Shown: piece after piece, positions 53,218-64,000 of the stretch
Numbering within the stretch: the stretch's first letter is position 1
Layout: each line of letters begins with the position of its first letter
Source of the DNA: Tubiluchus corallicola
Lineage: Eukaryota > Animalia > Priapulida
DNA length: 64,000 nucleotides
Assembly (NCBI GenBank): GCA_030141605.1
Contig: JAQGDQ010000019.1
Location: 186,001-250,000 of the forward strand
Reading direction: 5' to 3'
Made by a program: the position numbers and the translations under genes
The notes under the pieces: model-generated
Database searches by the model: none
What the model was told of the DNA's origin: nothing
The model's input: the letters and a program-made list of their open reading frames with translations, nothing else

Positions 53218-55258
53218 GGTAAAAATGCACAGGTAAAATAGTACACGAAATAATGGTACGGCAAAAATGACATAGAAAAATATGGCACAAATGTGAAAAT
53301 AGGAAAAAATGGTACACTTATAAAATATGAGTTTAGGGTTAGGGTTGCTGTAAGGGGTAGAAAATTAATTATTCTATTATTCCAAGTAAGTTATAAGCTA
53401 CTTCAACGCTTTTTGTTTATTAGGCTGTTTTTTCTATTACACACCACTCCAGTAAGCTTATTACGCAAAAAATTACGCAGAAATTAAAAGGTTTCCACGA
53501 ATCTGTAGAGAAGGTGGAAAGGGGACAAAAAGGTGTATTTTGATGCACATTCCTGGTTAGGAGGAGGGAGTGAAAACTGCCAAAATGGGTTTTTTCTTAC
53601 GTCATTTTTCCACAAGTCGCACGCATGCGTAAAAAGGGAAAAGGCGTACAACAAAATAATCAACAATTTTCAATAATTGCAATTGCACGTTTTATTGTAA
53701 GTAGGTAATAAATTACGTATTCATTTGATAGGCTTAATAATTAGCGATTAACTTGTGCTAGAATTTACGTTTTTAGTAAATTACACCAACTTCTACAGAA
53801 ACAGGAAATCAACGTCATCTTCATTAAGCATGCTTAGAGTGATTCACTTGCATAAATTTATGACAGCGATAAAACGTTTTAGAATGCAAATAAATTTGTG
53901 ATAATGTTAGCCATAAAAATTTAATAGGCATTCAGTTATAGCAGCATGCACGACTAGTTGCAGAAGTATCGACTTATAAGCGAGAACGTACCCAAACGAA
54001 GCAGTACATTGTTGTAATCTAATGAATAAAAACGGTTTTACCGTAACAATGTCATAAAACATATATCAAAGAAGTATGGTGAACATTCGTTAATTAAAAA
54101 TATTAATAATTAGTTAAAAGCCGCGAGTTTTTAGTATCATGACCAGAATGTATAATCTTATATGTAAAATCTTAATGTCACGATTATTATTAGTAATGGA
54201 TCAAACTCATAATTAATTACATTTTGATACTAAACTTGAAAGGTAAGAAACGTGAAGAAGTTACGGCATTGCAAGTATGTAAAAAACAGTTTTTGTTCAA
54301 TATCTTAGGTTTAGGGGGTTAGGTTTATTTATTTTTTCTTGTGATCTTTTCTGTGACGTTTTCACCTGTGACTTTTTACCTGTGACCTTATTAACTGGAT
54401 GCAGCTCTCCATACCAACAATGCGAACAATAATACAGCTTTAATAAGTAATAACATACAAGAAAGGCTTTATGTGCACGGAACCTGAAATGTCATACATT
54501 GCTTCTTTGTTTGTTCAGGCAGATAGTCAGATCTTAACAGGGCTTCTCATCTTGACTAATCAACCTAGATGAAAGGATGATAGGGCGGATTCATCCTTGA
54601 AGCGCATAAACAGCTTTTTAGCAAAATCGACTAGGCGACTTACAAGCTCATCCGAATAATTTCTTTTGTTATCATTGGATGAGTCCAATTTGTTTTGACG
54701 AATATACTACTGCGTATTTTTGCGTTAAAATCACTAGCTGGGGGTGGGGTTGGGGTTTGGGGGGTGTTGGGTTGAGCGGCACGGCACTTTGATCAAGTGC
54801 ACAAAAAACGTAGATTCAGTCGGAACGGTAGGGTAGCAATGTATAATACATCCGTCAAATTTGCTCGTCTGTTGTTGTAAGTGTTATGTTTACATTTTCA
54901 TTGTTTTTCATCGTCCAAGTTTGCAGATCAGCTGTTCGATTCGACTTTCCTAACATTCAATTAACAAACATTTTTAAGCGTTGTTGGACTTATTTGTTGT
55001 ATATTTTCCTTAACAAAAGGTAGAACGACTGACATAATTTTCCATGAAAACACTACTTGCAGCGCTTACTGTTGAAAAATTGCAAAAAACAAAGATAATA
55101 ATTAGTACTTTAATATATTTGTAGTATTTACATAGTTTTTCTATTCTTTGTTTTTAAAATTTCTTGAAAGTACGCATTGAGTTAACTGTGAATTTACTTG
55201 CCATTTTTCCCACTTTTCCATTTGTGTCCTTTTTTCCATGCCATTTTACCTACATTCA
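53218..55258 (+). mobile_element. Same family, copy B (longer; interior probably has secondary insertions)
   Basis: The left about 410 bp and right about 70 bp match the two ends of copy A in opposite orientation. Continuity of the interior is inferred. Confidence 0.55.
54300..54402 (-). repeat. MITE-like terminus with tgtgactttttacc repeats and ttagg units
   Basis: Four tgtga(c/t) units at about 14-15-bp spacing, preceded by ttaggtttagggggttagg. Confidence 0.45.
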
Positions 55259-55857
55259 GGCTTTATTGTTCTCAACATAATTAAATTAATCCACGTAGTC
55301 TGAATAAGGCTTTGGGAGAATAGTTGAATATTGCTTCTCATAACCGGGCAAACTGCAAAGAATCAATATAATATAATATTTACTGTCATTTCTGTTGTGT
55401 GCGCAGCAGTTTGGTGAAAGGTTCCCGTTTGGTTTTATATCAATTCTGCAAATGACAAGTCAACAAGCTGACATGTAAGATACAAGAGGGAGTATCTGGT
55501 AAGCCAAGATATACTCTAGTCAGCTGCAGTTTTCGCGGTGGCCATTATTTTAAGTGTGCGATCTTTGCAAAGCGGTTTGATAAGCTCAAATAAAATATTA
55601 CAAGCCAAACTATTAAGCTGTTAATAAATTATAAACCCTACGCGACGGCAATCTCTTAAAAATATAGTTGAGATCAATCACACAGAGTGCAGTTTGTCTG
55701 CAAATGTGAAGAATGAAAGCTTAATCATATTAAATTGGGAAGGAAAATTAAACTAACAAAAAATTATAACCGCCAACAAAACTCTCCAAAAGATACCTTC
55801 TTTAATTTGAAAAAAAAACAATTTGAAACCATACTGTATTGTTGACTTTTTTAAAAA

Positions 55858-56047
55858 TCTCTCTTCATTCTCTCTCACTCCTCTCCTTCTATCTCTCTCT
55901 CCCTCATTTTCTCTCTCCTCTACCCTTCTCTCTATCTACTTTTCTCTCTTTCTTTCGTCTTTGCTCTCTTTCTATACTTCACTCTCTCATCTCATCTGTT
56001 TTTCTCTTTCCCTTCTCTCTTCGTCTTTCTTTCTCTCTTTCTGTCTA
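55858..56047 (+). repeat. Degenerate (TC)n tract
   Basis: Seen directly. Confidence 0.85.
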
Positions 56048-57354
56048 TGTGACTGTTTGTCTCATATATTTCCTTCATTCGTTCTCATTTCCGTCACACA
56101 TGTACATACAGATACAAAAGCTCAAGATCATTCAGTCTGGTAGGTTTACTAGAAAAAAAATCAACTCATAACTTTATTATTTAGAATTATACATTCTGTT
56201 GGAACTACACCAAGCTCAAATACAAATACTGTAATTACGAATAGTCATTATTAGTCGAAGAAATAGCCAGGTCCAAGAAAATGCGATATGTTAAAGCTGA
56301 TATTTACCGAAAATTTTATTATATAACAAAAATTAATAACTGCATGATCCAAATTAAACGCCTGAGCACAAAGCACAAGAAGTTATGAGAAACAATCCTT
56401 TGATGATAAACGGTGTAACCCATACTTGCTTAAACCGGCATCGGTACGGTAAGCGCATTTTTCATTCAGCGCGTACATGTATTGCAATGTGAAATTACAA
56501 ACCAGTTTGCACCTTTGGTTTTACTCAATGCTCATACCATACCTCTGATTTTGCCATGTCTATAGTAGCATGTCAAAATATGCTAAGTAAAGCTCTATGC
56601 AAAACAAAGAAAGATCTATAATCGGCTATGTTATACGTGTATTTACAAAACTTATTTAATACTTCTATTTTAAACAAATTAAAACCAGTTTCATTACACT
56701 CATAAATACCACAACAGCACCAAAAATCGTGGTTACTTGAATTTAATTTGTTCATGCTTTATAGGCCAATAAATTCACTTGGGTTCAAGTAATTATGATA
56801 TTTCTGGCTGTTTTGGTATTTATAAGTAAAATAAGACTGAAATTTCCTTGTCACAAGTTAAAAACTAGTTTCATTATGCATAATCTTTACTGCAGACTAC
56901 TAATTAATGATCCCAGTTCGGGTTTAGTTCCCAGTTTTATCACTTTCATTGGATTAAAAACTTTAATAAAAACTACAATTTTTGACTTATTCCATCAGTA
57001 AGAAATCAAACCTTTAGCTAAAAGAATTAGTTGCAGAGCTATTTCTAATGTTTGTTACACAGCCAATCAAAATACATAATAAAAGCTACGCTACAGTGTA
57101 CAGTGTATTAATAAAAATAAAACATGTACCAGAACTTCATAAAAAGAAACAATTACCACCAACTACTGCAAAAATGAGGTATATATAGTACTTACTAAAT
57201 TCTTATGTAATCTGTCTTGCATTACTTTTAAAAAACAAGTTGAAAAATCAGTAAAACTCTGGCTTAACTGCGACACGTTTCCTACGATTGCTATTGCCTC
57301 TTGAAGATGTAGGAACTACGTCAACTAATTAGTCTTTCTAGTACAACCCTTCTG

Positions 57355-57430
57355 TCAACTCTCAGCTTTGCGAGAAGCAGCTGACCAGAGCACCCAGGCA
57401 CACAGAGTTCCTGTAAACAAAGCACCAGTC
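57355..57430 (-). CDS. PNLDC1: PNLDC1 terminal coding exon with C-terminal transmembrane anchor
   Basis: ttttccatttcag acceptor, phase 2. Encodes (W)TGALFTGTLCAWVLWSAASRKAES-stop (TGA at 57357-57355). A hydrophobic tail plus short basic end fits the C-terminal TM segment that distinguishes PNLDC1 from PARN. Confidence 0.87.
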
Positions 57431-60400
57431 CTGAAATGGAAAACTCTCAATAAGGTCATTGTCCATTTTAAATGATTATTTCTTTTAATGTGCAAGTGCA
57501 AATACCACTTAATGCTAACCTGCAACTAAAAATTGCAATAAATTTACTGTTCTTTTTGAAGATATTTTTACTCTTAATGTGAAGGGCCAGTACAACTTAA
57601 TATTAAGTCTTGTACACGTAACAACAAATTCTACAATAAACAATCTCAATAAATTCATCGACCATTTTTTGTAAATTTTTACTTCCAGAATGAAAGTGTG
57701 AGTGGAGCATATCATTCAATTCAAACTACAGAAAAATCGAGTCTGGGCTATGGTTTGGACTGACAAATGCTACGATTTCAAAAAAGGGACTAAGCTTGCT
57801 TACAAAAACAAGGCAAATACATCTTATGACAAAGATAGCATAAAATCACAAAAACAACCAATCAATATCAAAGACAAATACTTTTAGATACGTAATTACA
57901 TTTAATAATGTAATCCATTATCAGCAACTGAATCTAAATTGATAAAAGAACAAACAAATGATAAAATGAATAAGTACTACTAAGAAAACAAACAAATTTT
58001 GAAAACAAATAGGTCAAATACAAACAAAGAACCAAATGAACGGGTGTAGAAATAAACAAATATTAACCCATATCTGAGTGTTTTATTCTAGTGCAAATAG
58101 CATTTCATGTAAGCCATAAAGCAAAAGCACCAGTCAATGTATCATAAACATGTTCTAAATTTTTCAAACTTTTGACAAGATTTTTTGTCGGGACTTTTGC
58201 ATAACTCTACTTTGTACAGGAAAAAGCAACAACATTTATTAAAAAGAAGCCATGAAAAAAATATTAGGAGTGGATCAAATGCATCACCACAAAAACCAAT
58301 TACAGAGCTGATAGAAGTGTTTCCTGTTTTATTAGATTTAAAGACTAGATGCAATTCATTACATTTTCCACACAAAATTGTTCAACATTCTGCCATAAAA
58401 CTAGGGACAAATGTACACAGAATGTGACAGGATTACAGATAAAGCGAGAAATTAAATTCGCTTGGATTAATAAAGCTGGTAAAACCAACAAATCAATCTG
58501 TTGGCAGCAGACACGTATAAGCCTTACGGCAGAAAATGCAGTGAAACACTAAAGGTTAAGCGAGCGATAATTTAAGTGAAATGCTGACGACTGCATTTTA
58601 TCTTTCAGTTTCCTTGTCGAGATTTTCTTTAAGAGGTCGTAAAAACATAAATATCCCAGCAATTACAAGTAAAGGAGAAATGAGACAGCAGAATTTAAGG
58701 ATTTTTTTTCTTCCAAAATGCTCGTCGTTTCCTTTTCATAAAACATTGTTTTAATCTTCTGCTGCAGATGTCAGTTTGTCTTTTGCTACAAGCAACAAAT
58801 AACAACGAAGATAACAAAATAAAATACTTTACAAGCGCTCTACAGACTGGTTATCTTGCACACACTTGAGCTTAATACATCCATCAATGGTTGTAATTAT
58901 GTGAAATTTCTAACTAAATATATTACTTAGTAAAACTGCACAAACAGAAGTAAAAAAACATTTATTGTGCATTATCTTTATTCTGTTCTAGCACTATTAA
59001 TCATTACAATATTCCACAACCACCACGAAGTATTAAAAAAATGCTAACATAAAATAATATGATGTGCAGTAACTGTAGTTATAGTCTCTAATGCACTGAT
59101 TAACAATCTATAATGTCACTTTTGCTCTCCACGCATATTCAATTTAGAATGTAAAAACAAAGTTACATATCTTCCTCTTTAACTATTAACCAGTAGAGAG
59201 CTTTTTTGCTGTATGAAATAAGTAAAATAAATTCAATTCAATGAGATCATCAACAAACTGAAATGCAAAATAGTTTTACTATAAAATTTTTATCCATACT
59301 TTAGTCTTCCTCATGCTTTTTGTGTGAACTCAATATTTCAATATTTTCTTAACTATGCACAAATTAAAAGAAATAGTAAAATCTCCAAAACAGAAAATTT
59401 CCGATGAAGTCTTCATCCTGTTTGGTTCCAAACTTAATTATTTGCTGAAAATCATTTCGTACATGTTAATTTACTATCTAGTATCTCTTTTACCCAGAAA
59501 TTATTAGTTGTAAAAATGAATCCAAATATAATCTTGCATGAAAGTACAAAGTAAAACTGTCTTCAAAATTAGTTATGTAATATCTCAACTAATGCTTCAC
59601 TTTCTATCTTACTCACTAAAACATAATGTTGAGTAATTACACAAATCTCTCATTTTCCCACTTCTGTCCTGTACTTTCCCAAATCCGCTTCATCACTTCA
59701 AAGAGTTTACACCATATGGCTAATAACCATTCCCTTAATGGCGTTCTTATCCTTAACTTTACTGCACACCCTAGAGACATCTGAAAGGTTTAGAGGTGAG
59801 CAAGTGTGAACTAAATACAATTTCACTGATAACGAGCCCAAACAGCACCATAAAAACATTTACATGTGAAAGCCTTTTACTTTTACATCACCTTAGTATA
59901 TAGGAGCAAATGAGCATTTAGAGTTTATGCCCAATAAAACATGAATAAAACAAGATGAACATTAATATTGCTGAATACTAACTTGAATTTTAAATTAATT
60001 GTTAGTATTCGGCTAGCACTTACCCAACCAAGTTTGCATTAAATTTAAAACTCCCAGGTACAATTAACGCCAATTTACTAAACTTGCATTAAGTTTAAAA
60101 TTCTTGAAAATTAGGCTACTGAGATTTTGAATTCCAATCTATGGCTCAAGTTTTCAAAATTTCAATAAGAAATTCCTAAATTCAATTCCTCTAACATACA
60201 GAAAAATTAGCAGAAAAAAAATCACTTATAAGTTAAACTTTCACTACATCACTATGAGAGTTGCAGAATAGTTACATCTGCCTGCGCAATAAGGTTGTGA
60301 ACAGCAAGAGCATGTTAGTTACTATGAATTCTCAGTAAAAAAAGCATCTGATTATTTGTGATCATGACTGTGTTGCTTCCTTTTATTTAGACTCTGTGAA

Positions 60401-60490
60401 AGCAACACAACATCAAACTGGACAAAAAATGCATAGATATACATTAATGAAAAGTGGCAGTATACTGTTGTTGCAACCATAATTACTTAC

Positions 60491-60589
60491 CACATTAGGG
60501 AACGAGCGAAAGATGAGTGTCGCAGTATACTATAATTGCTAACTTTGATTGATTCGTGACTACGAAAAGCTCGTAATATGTCTTTGGCA
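60491..60589 (-). CDS. PNLDC1: PNLDC1 penultimate coding exon
   Basis: ttttcatttccag acceptor, 99 nt, phase 2 to 2, GTAAGT donor. Encodes (C)AKDILRAFRSHESIKVSNYSILRHSSFARSLM (cf. PNLDC1 ARNILKEYRDH...YWRHS). Confidence 0.9.
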
Positions 60590-61124
60590 CTGGAAATGAA
60601 AATTCATACGAAGTAAATAATCCAAAACCAGTCATTGAAAAAACAGGTTCTAAGAATTAAATTTGCAAATAATCTGCTCAAAGAAAATGCAATTTCAATA
60701 TTTTTCTAAATGTTCAATAGTGCTGTTGTTACATATTTTACTACATTTCAGTAAGTTGCAATTCGTTTTTAACTTGTGCAGTTTATATATAAATGTCTCA
60801 TCAAAAACTAGGTATTTCATTATTCAACATAGCAGACTTTGTTCCTTTTTATAGTGTGTAAACAAGCTGTCACGAGTCTGGACTTGATTCACCAAGTGTA
60901 AATCGGCTAGGTAAAACTTATAAGTTTGTCACCTTGATCAAACGTAAACATCATAAATTTCATATTCTATTAGATTCCCACATTAATTCACTTGTATTTC
61001 ATAACCACCATTTCACTTTCTTCTTGTGTTTCGTAATGTTCCCTTCACACCCAGGCTGTTACCACAAACTTAAAAACTTAATTTGGTGTCCCTCATTGAG
61101 TTTGAACAAAAGTTCCTAACTTAC

Positions 61125-61213
61125 CACCGCCAATTATTTACAGCTACCAATGCTTGTCTCCGATTTCTAGGAAGTATGTCCACTGATCCGTACCGGGAAA
61201 ACAATCCAGCCAG
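61125..61213 (-). CDS. PNLDC1: PNLDC1 internal exon (RRM-like region)
   Basis: tcttcaatag acceptor, 89 nt, phase 0 to 2, GTAAGT donor. Encodes LAGLFSRYGSVDILPRNRRQALVAVNNWR, like the PARN-family RRM (LFSxFG...). Confidence 0.9.
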
Positions 61214-61249
61214 CTATTGAAGATATGTTCAAACAAATAAAAATAATAT

Positions 61250-61376
61250 AATGACTAGTTTGAGGCTAATAGTGTACTTATGGCCCTGAGGGAGGCTGTA
61301 GGCTGAGTGATAAGTGCTGCTGGTGACAATCCTGAGGGGACATAAACACACTGTTGTCTCAAGAAACTAAACATTA
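61250..61376. repeat. Short imperfect inverted repeat (MITE remnant) in a PNLDC1 intron
   Basis: ttgaggctaatagtgtacttatggccctgagg pairs with cctgaggggacataaacacactgttgtctcaa. Confidence 0.45.
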
Positions 61377-62289
61377 CTAGTTTTATTATACACACTAAAA
61401 TTCCCAATAAAAATAATATTATTAACAAACCATTGTTATACCATCACTTGAGGTTGAACATTGCATTCGTCATTTAACAAAAGCCATACTGACTGCTCAC
61501 CTGACACTGTTTTGACAAATTGCAAAAATTCGTTACAAAACTGGTATATAATGGTGATAAATTGAGATGGCAATGAAATTTTAACTTCAGATTTAAAAAA
61601 CACAGTAATTAAATCTTGTATACAGTACGTAAAAACTATTCACACAGTACAACATGGCCACAACAAGAATTCATTTAAAAATCTTTTAATTTAAGAAGTG
61701 CAAGGAGATTTGTTTTACATTTTGAATACAAGTGTTTTGAAGTCTGGAATGTAAAGAAGTGGTTGGAAGAATAGCCATTTTCAGTCTCCTAAGTCAGTAC
61801 TAGATAGAATCACTAAGCATGCTCATAAATTCATATTGAATTAAGATAGGACATGAATGATACCAATACTAACACATTCCTCTATAGAGAAAGAATCAAG
61901 GCTCGTCCATTTTAATAGCCACGAGATGGAAAGCTGAATTTCATTGCAAACCACAGGCAATTTTGAAACACGTCTTGCGTATTTTCTGTCACTGCACAAA
62001 AAAATCACTGTGTTTTCTAAATATTTTGCGACAAATCAATAAAGTCAGAAAAAGCAAAAGTGTCATATTTATTAGCAGAGGGATGAAGGCCTCTTAACCT
62101 CAACCCCTGCTCACCCAACAAAGTTTTTGTCAATTTCGTGCGATCATGGATTGCCTATCACCGGTCAAATTTAATTGCTTTACACAGTAAGCTGTGGGAG
62201 AGAAGGTGCATATAATCAAATGACTATATAACCACATATAATCACAAACTGTAATTTAGGGATACTGTGAAATACAATAAAGTTCTTAC

Positions 62290-62379
62290 CTGACTAGGCT
62301 TAAGTAATTGTGAAAAGACTCGCGTCTGGACAAATAAATATTGAGGTCTAATTGATGGCGGATCATCTCCTGCTAAATT
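62290..62379 (-). CDS. PNLDC1: PNLDC1 internal exon
   Basis: ttttattatag acceptor, 90 nt, phase 0 to 0, CAG|GTAAG donor. Encodes NLAGDDPPSIRPQYLFVQTRVFSQLLKPSQ (cf. PNLDC1 NFSGPDYPSIRP). Confidence 0.9.
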
Positions 62380-63337
62380 CTATAATAAAATAAAGTTTGT
62401 ACCTAGTTATAATAATCTAAATGTCAGCCACCTAATACCAATAGTGAATTAGATATCACATCAAAGTAATATAACAAACGAAAATAGAAAAGTTCTGCAC
62501 AAAAACTGTAAAATTGGTTACCTGCTTGCACAAGAATACATTCCATATCAGTAATAATTTTTGGCTTTATATTTATTTAATTGCAATTTTCTCAATTCAA
62601 TGCCATTAAGAAGTTTTAGAAAATATCTGTAAAGCTCACAATGCTTTTGTGATTCTTATGCACATATGGGGTGCAATGGTTAATTCAATTAACTCTTTAA
62701 TGCATAGCAGAGATTATCAGTTAATGTGTGACAAATACCCTCAGTAAAACAAGAACAATGGGTGAAGCCTAAAGACTATCTGGAGCCCTATTACTTTAGC
62801 AAACACTTCTTTAAAGAAGTTTTAGCCCTACTGTGGACATTAAGAACTAATTTTATCACAATACAAAGTTTGTTCAGATAACAACCAGTTTTCATAAAGC
62901 AAACAAGAATGACAAAAAACAGAACACAAATTATCTTGACACTGTGCTGCTGTTTTCAAAAATTCAAAATGCGCTAAGGCAAGTAATCAGCAGCTATCAT
63001 GCTTTATCAGATTTCGGAATTTGACTGGACACTCCACATGTGCTCAAACAGCCAAGAAGCTAGTTAGCTGTTCTCCTATATTGCCATAATTAAATAGCAG
63101 CAGCATACTTTGACCAAAATTTACAAGTGATGAACCTAACAAGTGCCAGTTGAAGCAACCAGTAAGGCGTTCGAAAGAAACTGCATATAACCAATATGCA
63201 ATTCACAAGGATACGAGCCACGACTGCTTTCTTTGTGTTATTTCTTTCATCCTTGAATGAATTTTTTTCAATTTTGATATTCAGGCAAAGCCAATTTACA
63301 TAAATTGCTTTTATACACTGAATTTAAAGGTCCTCAC

Positions 63338-63486
63338 TATGTCGTTTATGCTAGCTCTAATCAAGTTAATCCGGTTCATGTAAGGTTTCACTGCTTCAAA
63401 GTGTTGCACAAATCTTAGTGGCCTTGCTATGTGTAACATTGGATCCATGTCTTTCATTGCTTCTAAATGTGCCATCCTGATGAAGA
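63338..63486 (-). CDS. PNLDC1: PNLDC1 (PARN-like piRNA Trimmer) internal exon; gene continues beyond the right edge
   Basis: ttatctttttcag acceptor, 149 nt, phase 1 to 0, GTGAGG donor. Encodes FIRMAHLEAMKDMDPMLHIARPLRFVQHFEAVKPYMNRINLIRASINDI, resembling the PNLDC1 segment after the DEDDh ExoIII motif (...KVAHL...PYVNQVNLIRA...). Confidence 0.88.
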
Positions 63487-63551
63487 CTGAAAAAGATAAG
63501 CTTAAATGAGCATCAGTTTATAACGGATTCACTTGAAACTAGCATAATATA

Positions 63552-63737
63552 CAGTCAAACCTCATCATAATGCCCCCTTTTATAACACCAACCTCAGTTA
63601 ACACCCATGTTTTTGGAAAACAAAATGCCCATATCCACATAGATGTGTATATTAATATAAACCTTGTTATAATGACAAACTCACTTAATGCCAACTTTTT
63701 TGCAGTTCCAAATTAGCAGTAAAAAGAGGTTTGACTG
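63552..63737. mobile_element. pogo/Tigger-type MITE inside a PNLDC1 intron
   Basis: TA|CAGTCAAACCTC...GAGGTTTGACTG|TA: perfect 12-bp TIR and TA TSD, 186 bp. Confidence 0.8.
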
Positions 63738-64000
63738 TACTACTAGTAGTATTAACAGCATTGGTGTTGCCATCTACTTAAACAGTTAATAGTGTACATT
63801 TAACCTAAACTAAATTGATATGAAGTGACCAAACCATAGACTGTAGTTAGTAAAATGATTTTTGTTGTTTTAGATTTAGAAAAAGTAGCAGGGCTAATTC
63901 CTGTGATAATTTATTAAAAAGTGTGTCTAAAAGCATTGTTCAATCCAGAACTTGGCAATAACTACAGATTTTCCTGAGACAGACCTGCCACATACTATTC

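Noticed and set aside
59640-59782. cctttcag acceptor in the last PNLDC1 intron that would create an immediate TGA (TM-less isoform)
   Set aside because: Only an acceptor-like heptamer; such sites are common by chance in T-rich introns.
63396-63486. Alternative frame LHQDGTFRSNERHGSNVTHSKATKICATL-stop ending in a CaaX-like box
   Set aside because: A different frame of the same exon matches PNLDC1 and splices in phase to four further exons, so the CaaX is probably coincidental.

Overview
AT-rich, repeat-dense invertebrate (metazoan) genomic DNA with two recognisable protein-coding genes that converge tail to tail. (1) A neuronal calcium sensor (NCS-2/neurocalcin-like, N-myristoylated EF-hand protein) has an intronless CDS at 42014-42589 (+). 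(2) The last five coding exons of PNLDC1 (PARN-like piRNA 3' Trimmer) lie on the minus strand at 57355-63486. The ORF track misses PNLDC1; I rebuilt it by hand from GT-AG junctions with consistent phases. The rest is transposon debris and microsatellites: three copies of a TTAA-flanked Kolobok-type MITE (two inverted around a CpG-rich exon-like segment), pogo/Tigger-type and Harbinger-type MITEs, an Academ-like relic, a chimeric MITE+HINE-like family in two copies, and several decayed non-LTR retrotransposon fragments. Most short ORFs in the track are spurious. I found no convincing novel multi-gene system. The best leads are a possible alternative C-terminus for PNLDC1, the inverted Kolobok pair with its cargo, orphan spliced exons at about 28 kb, and an altered EF-hand 3 in the NCS protein. 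Family assignments rest on recalled motifs, not database searches.
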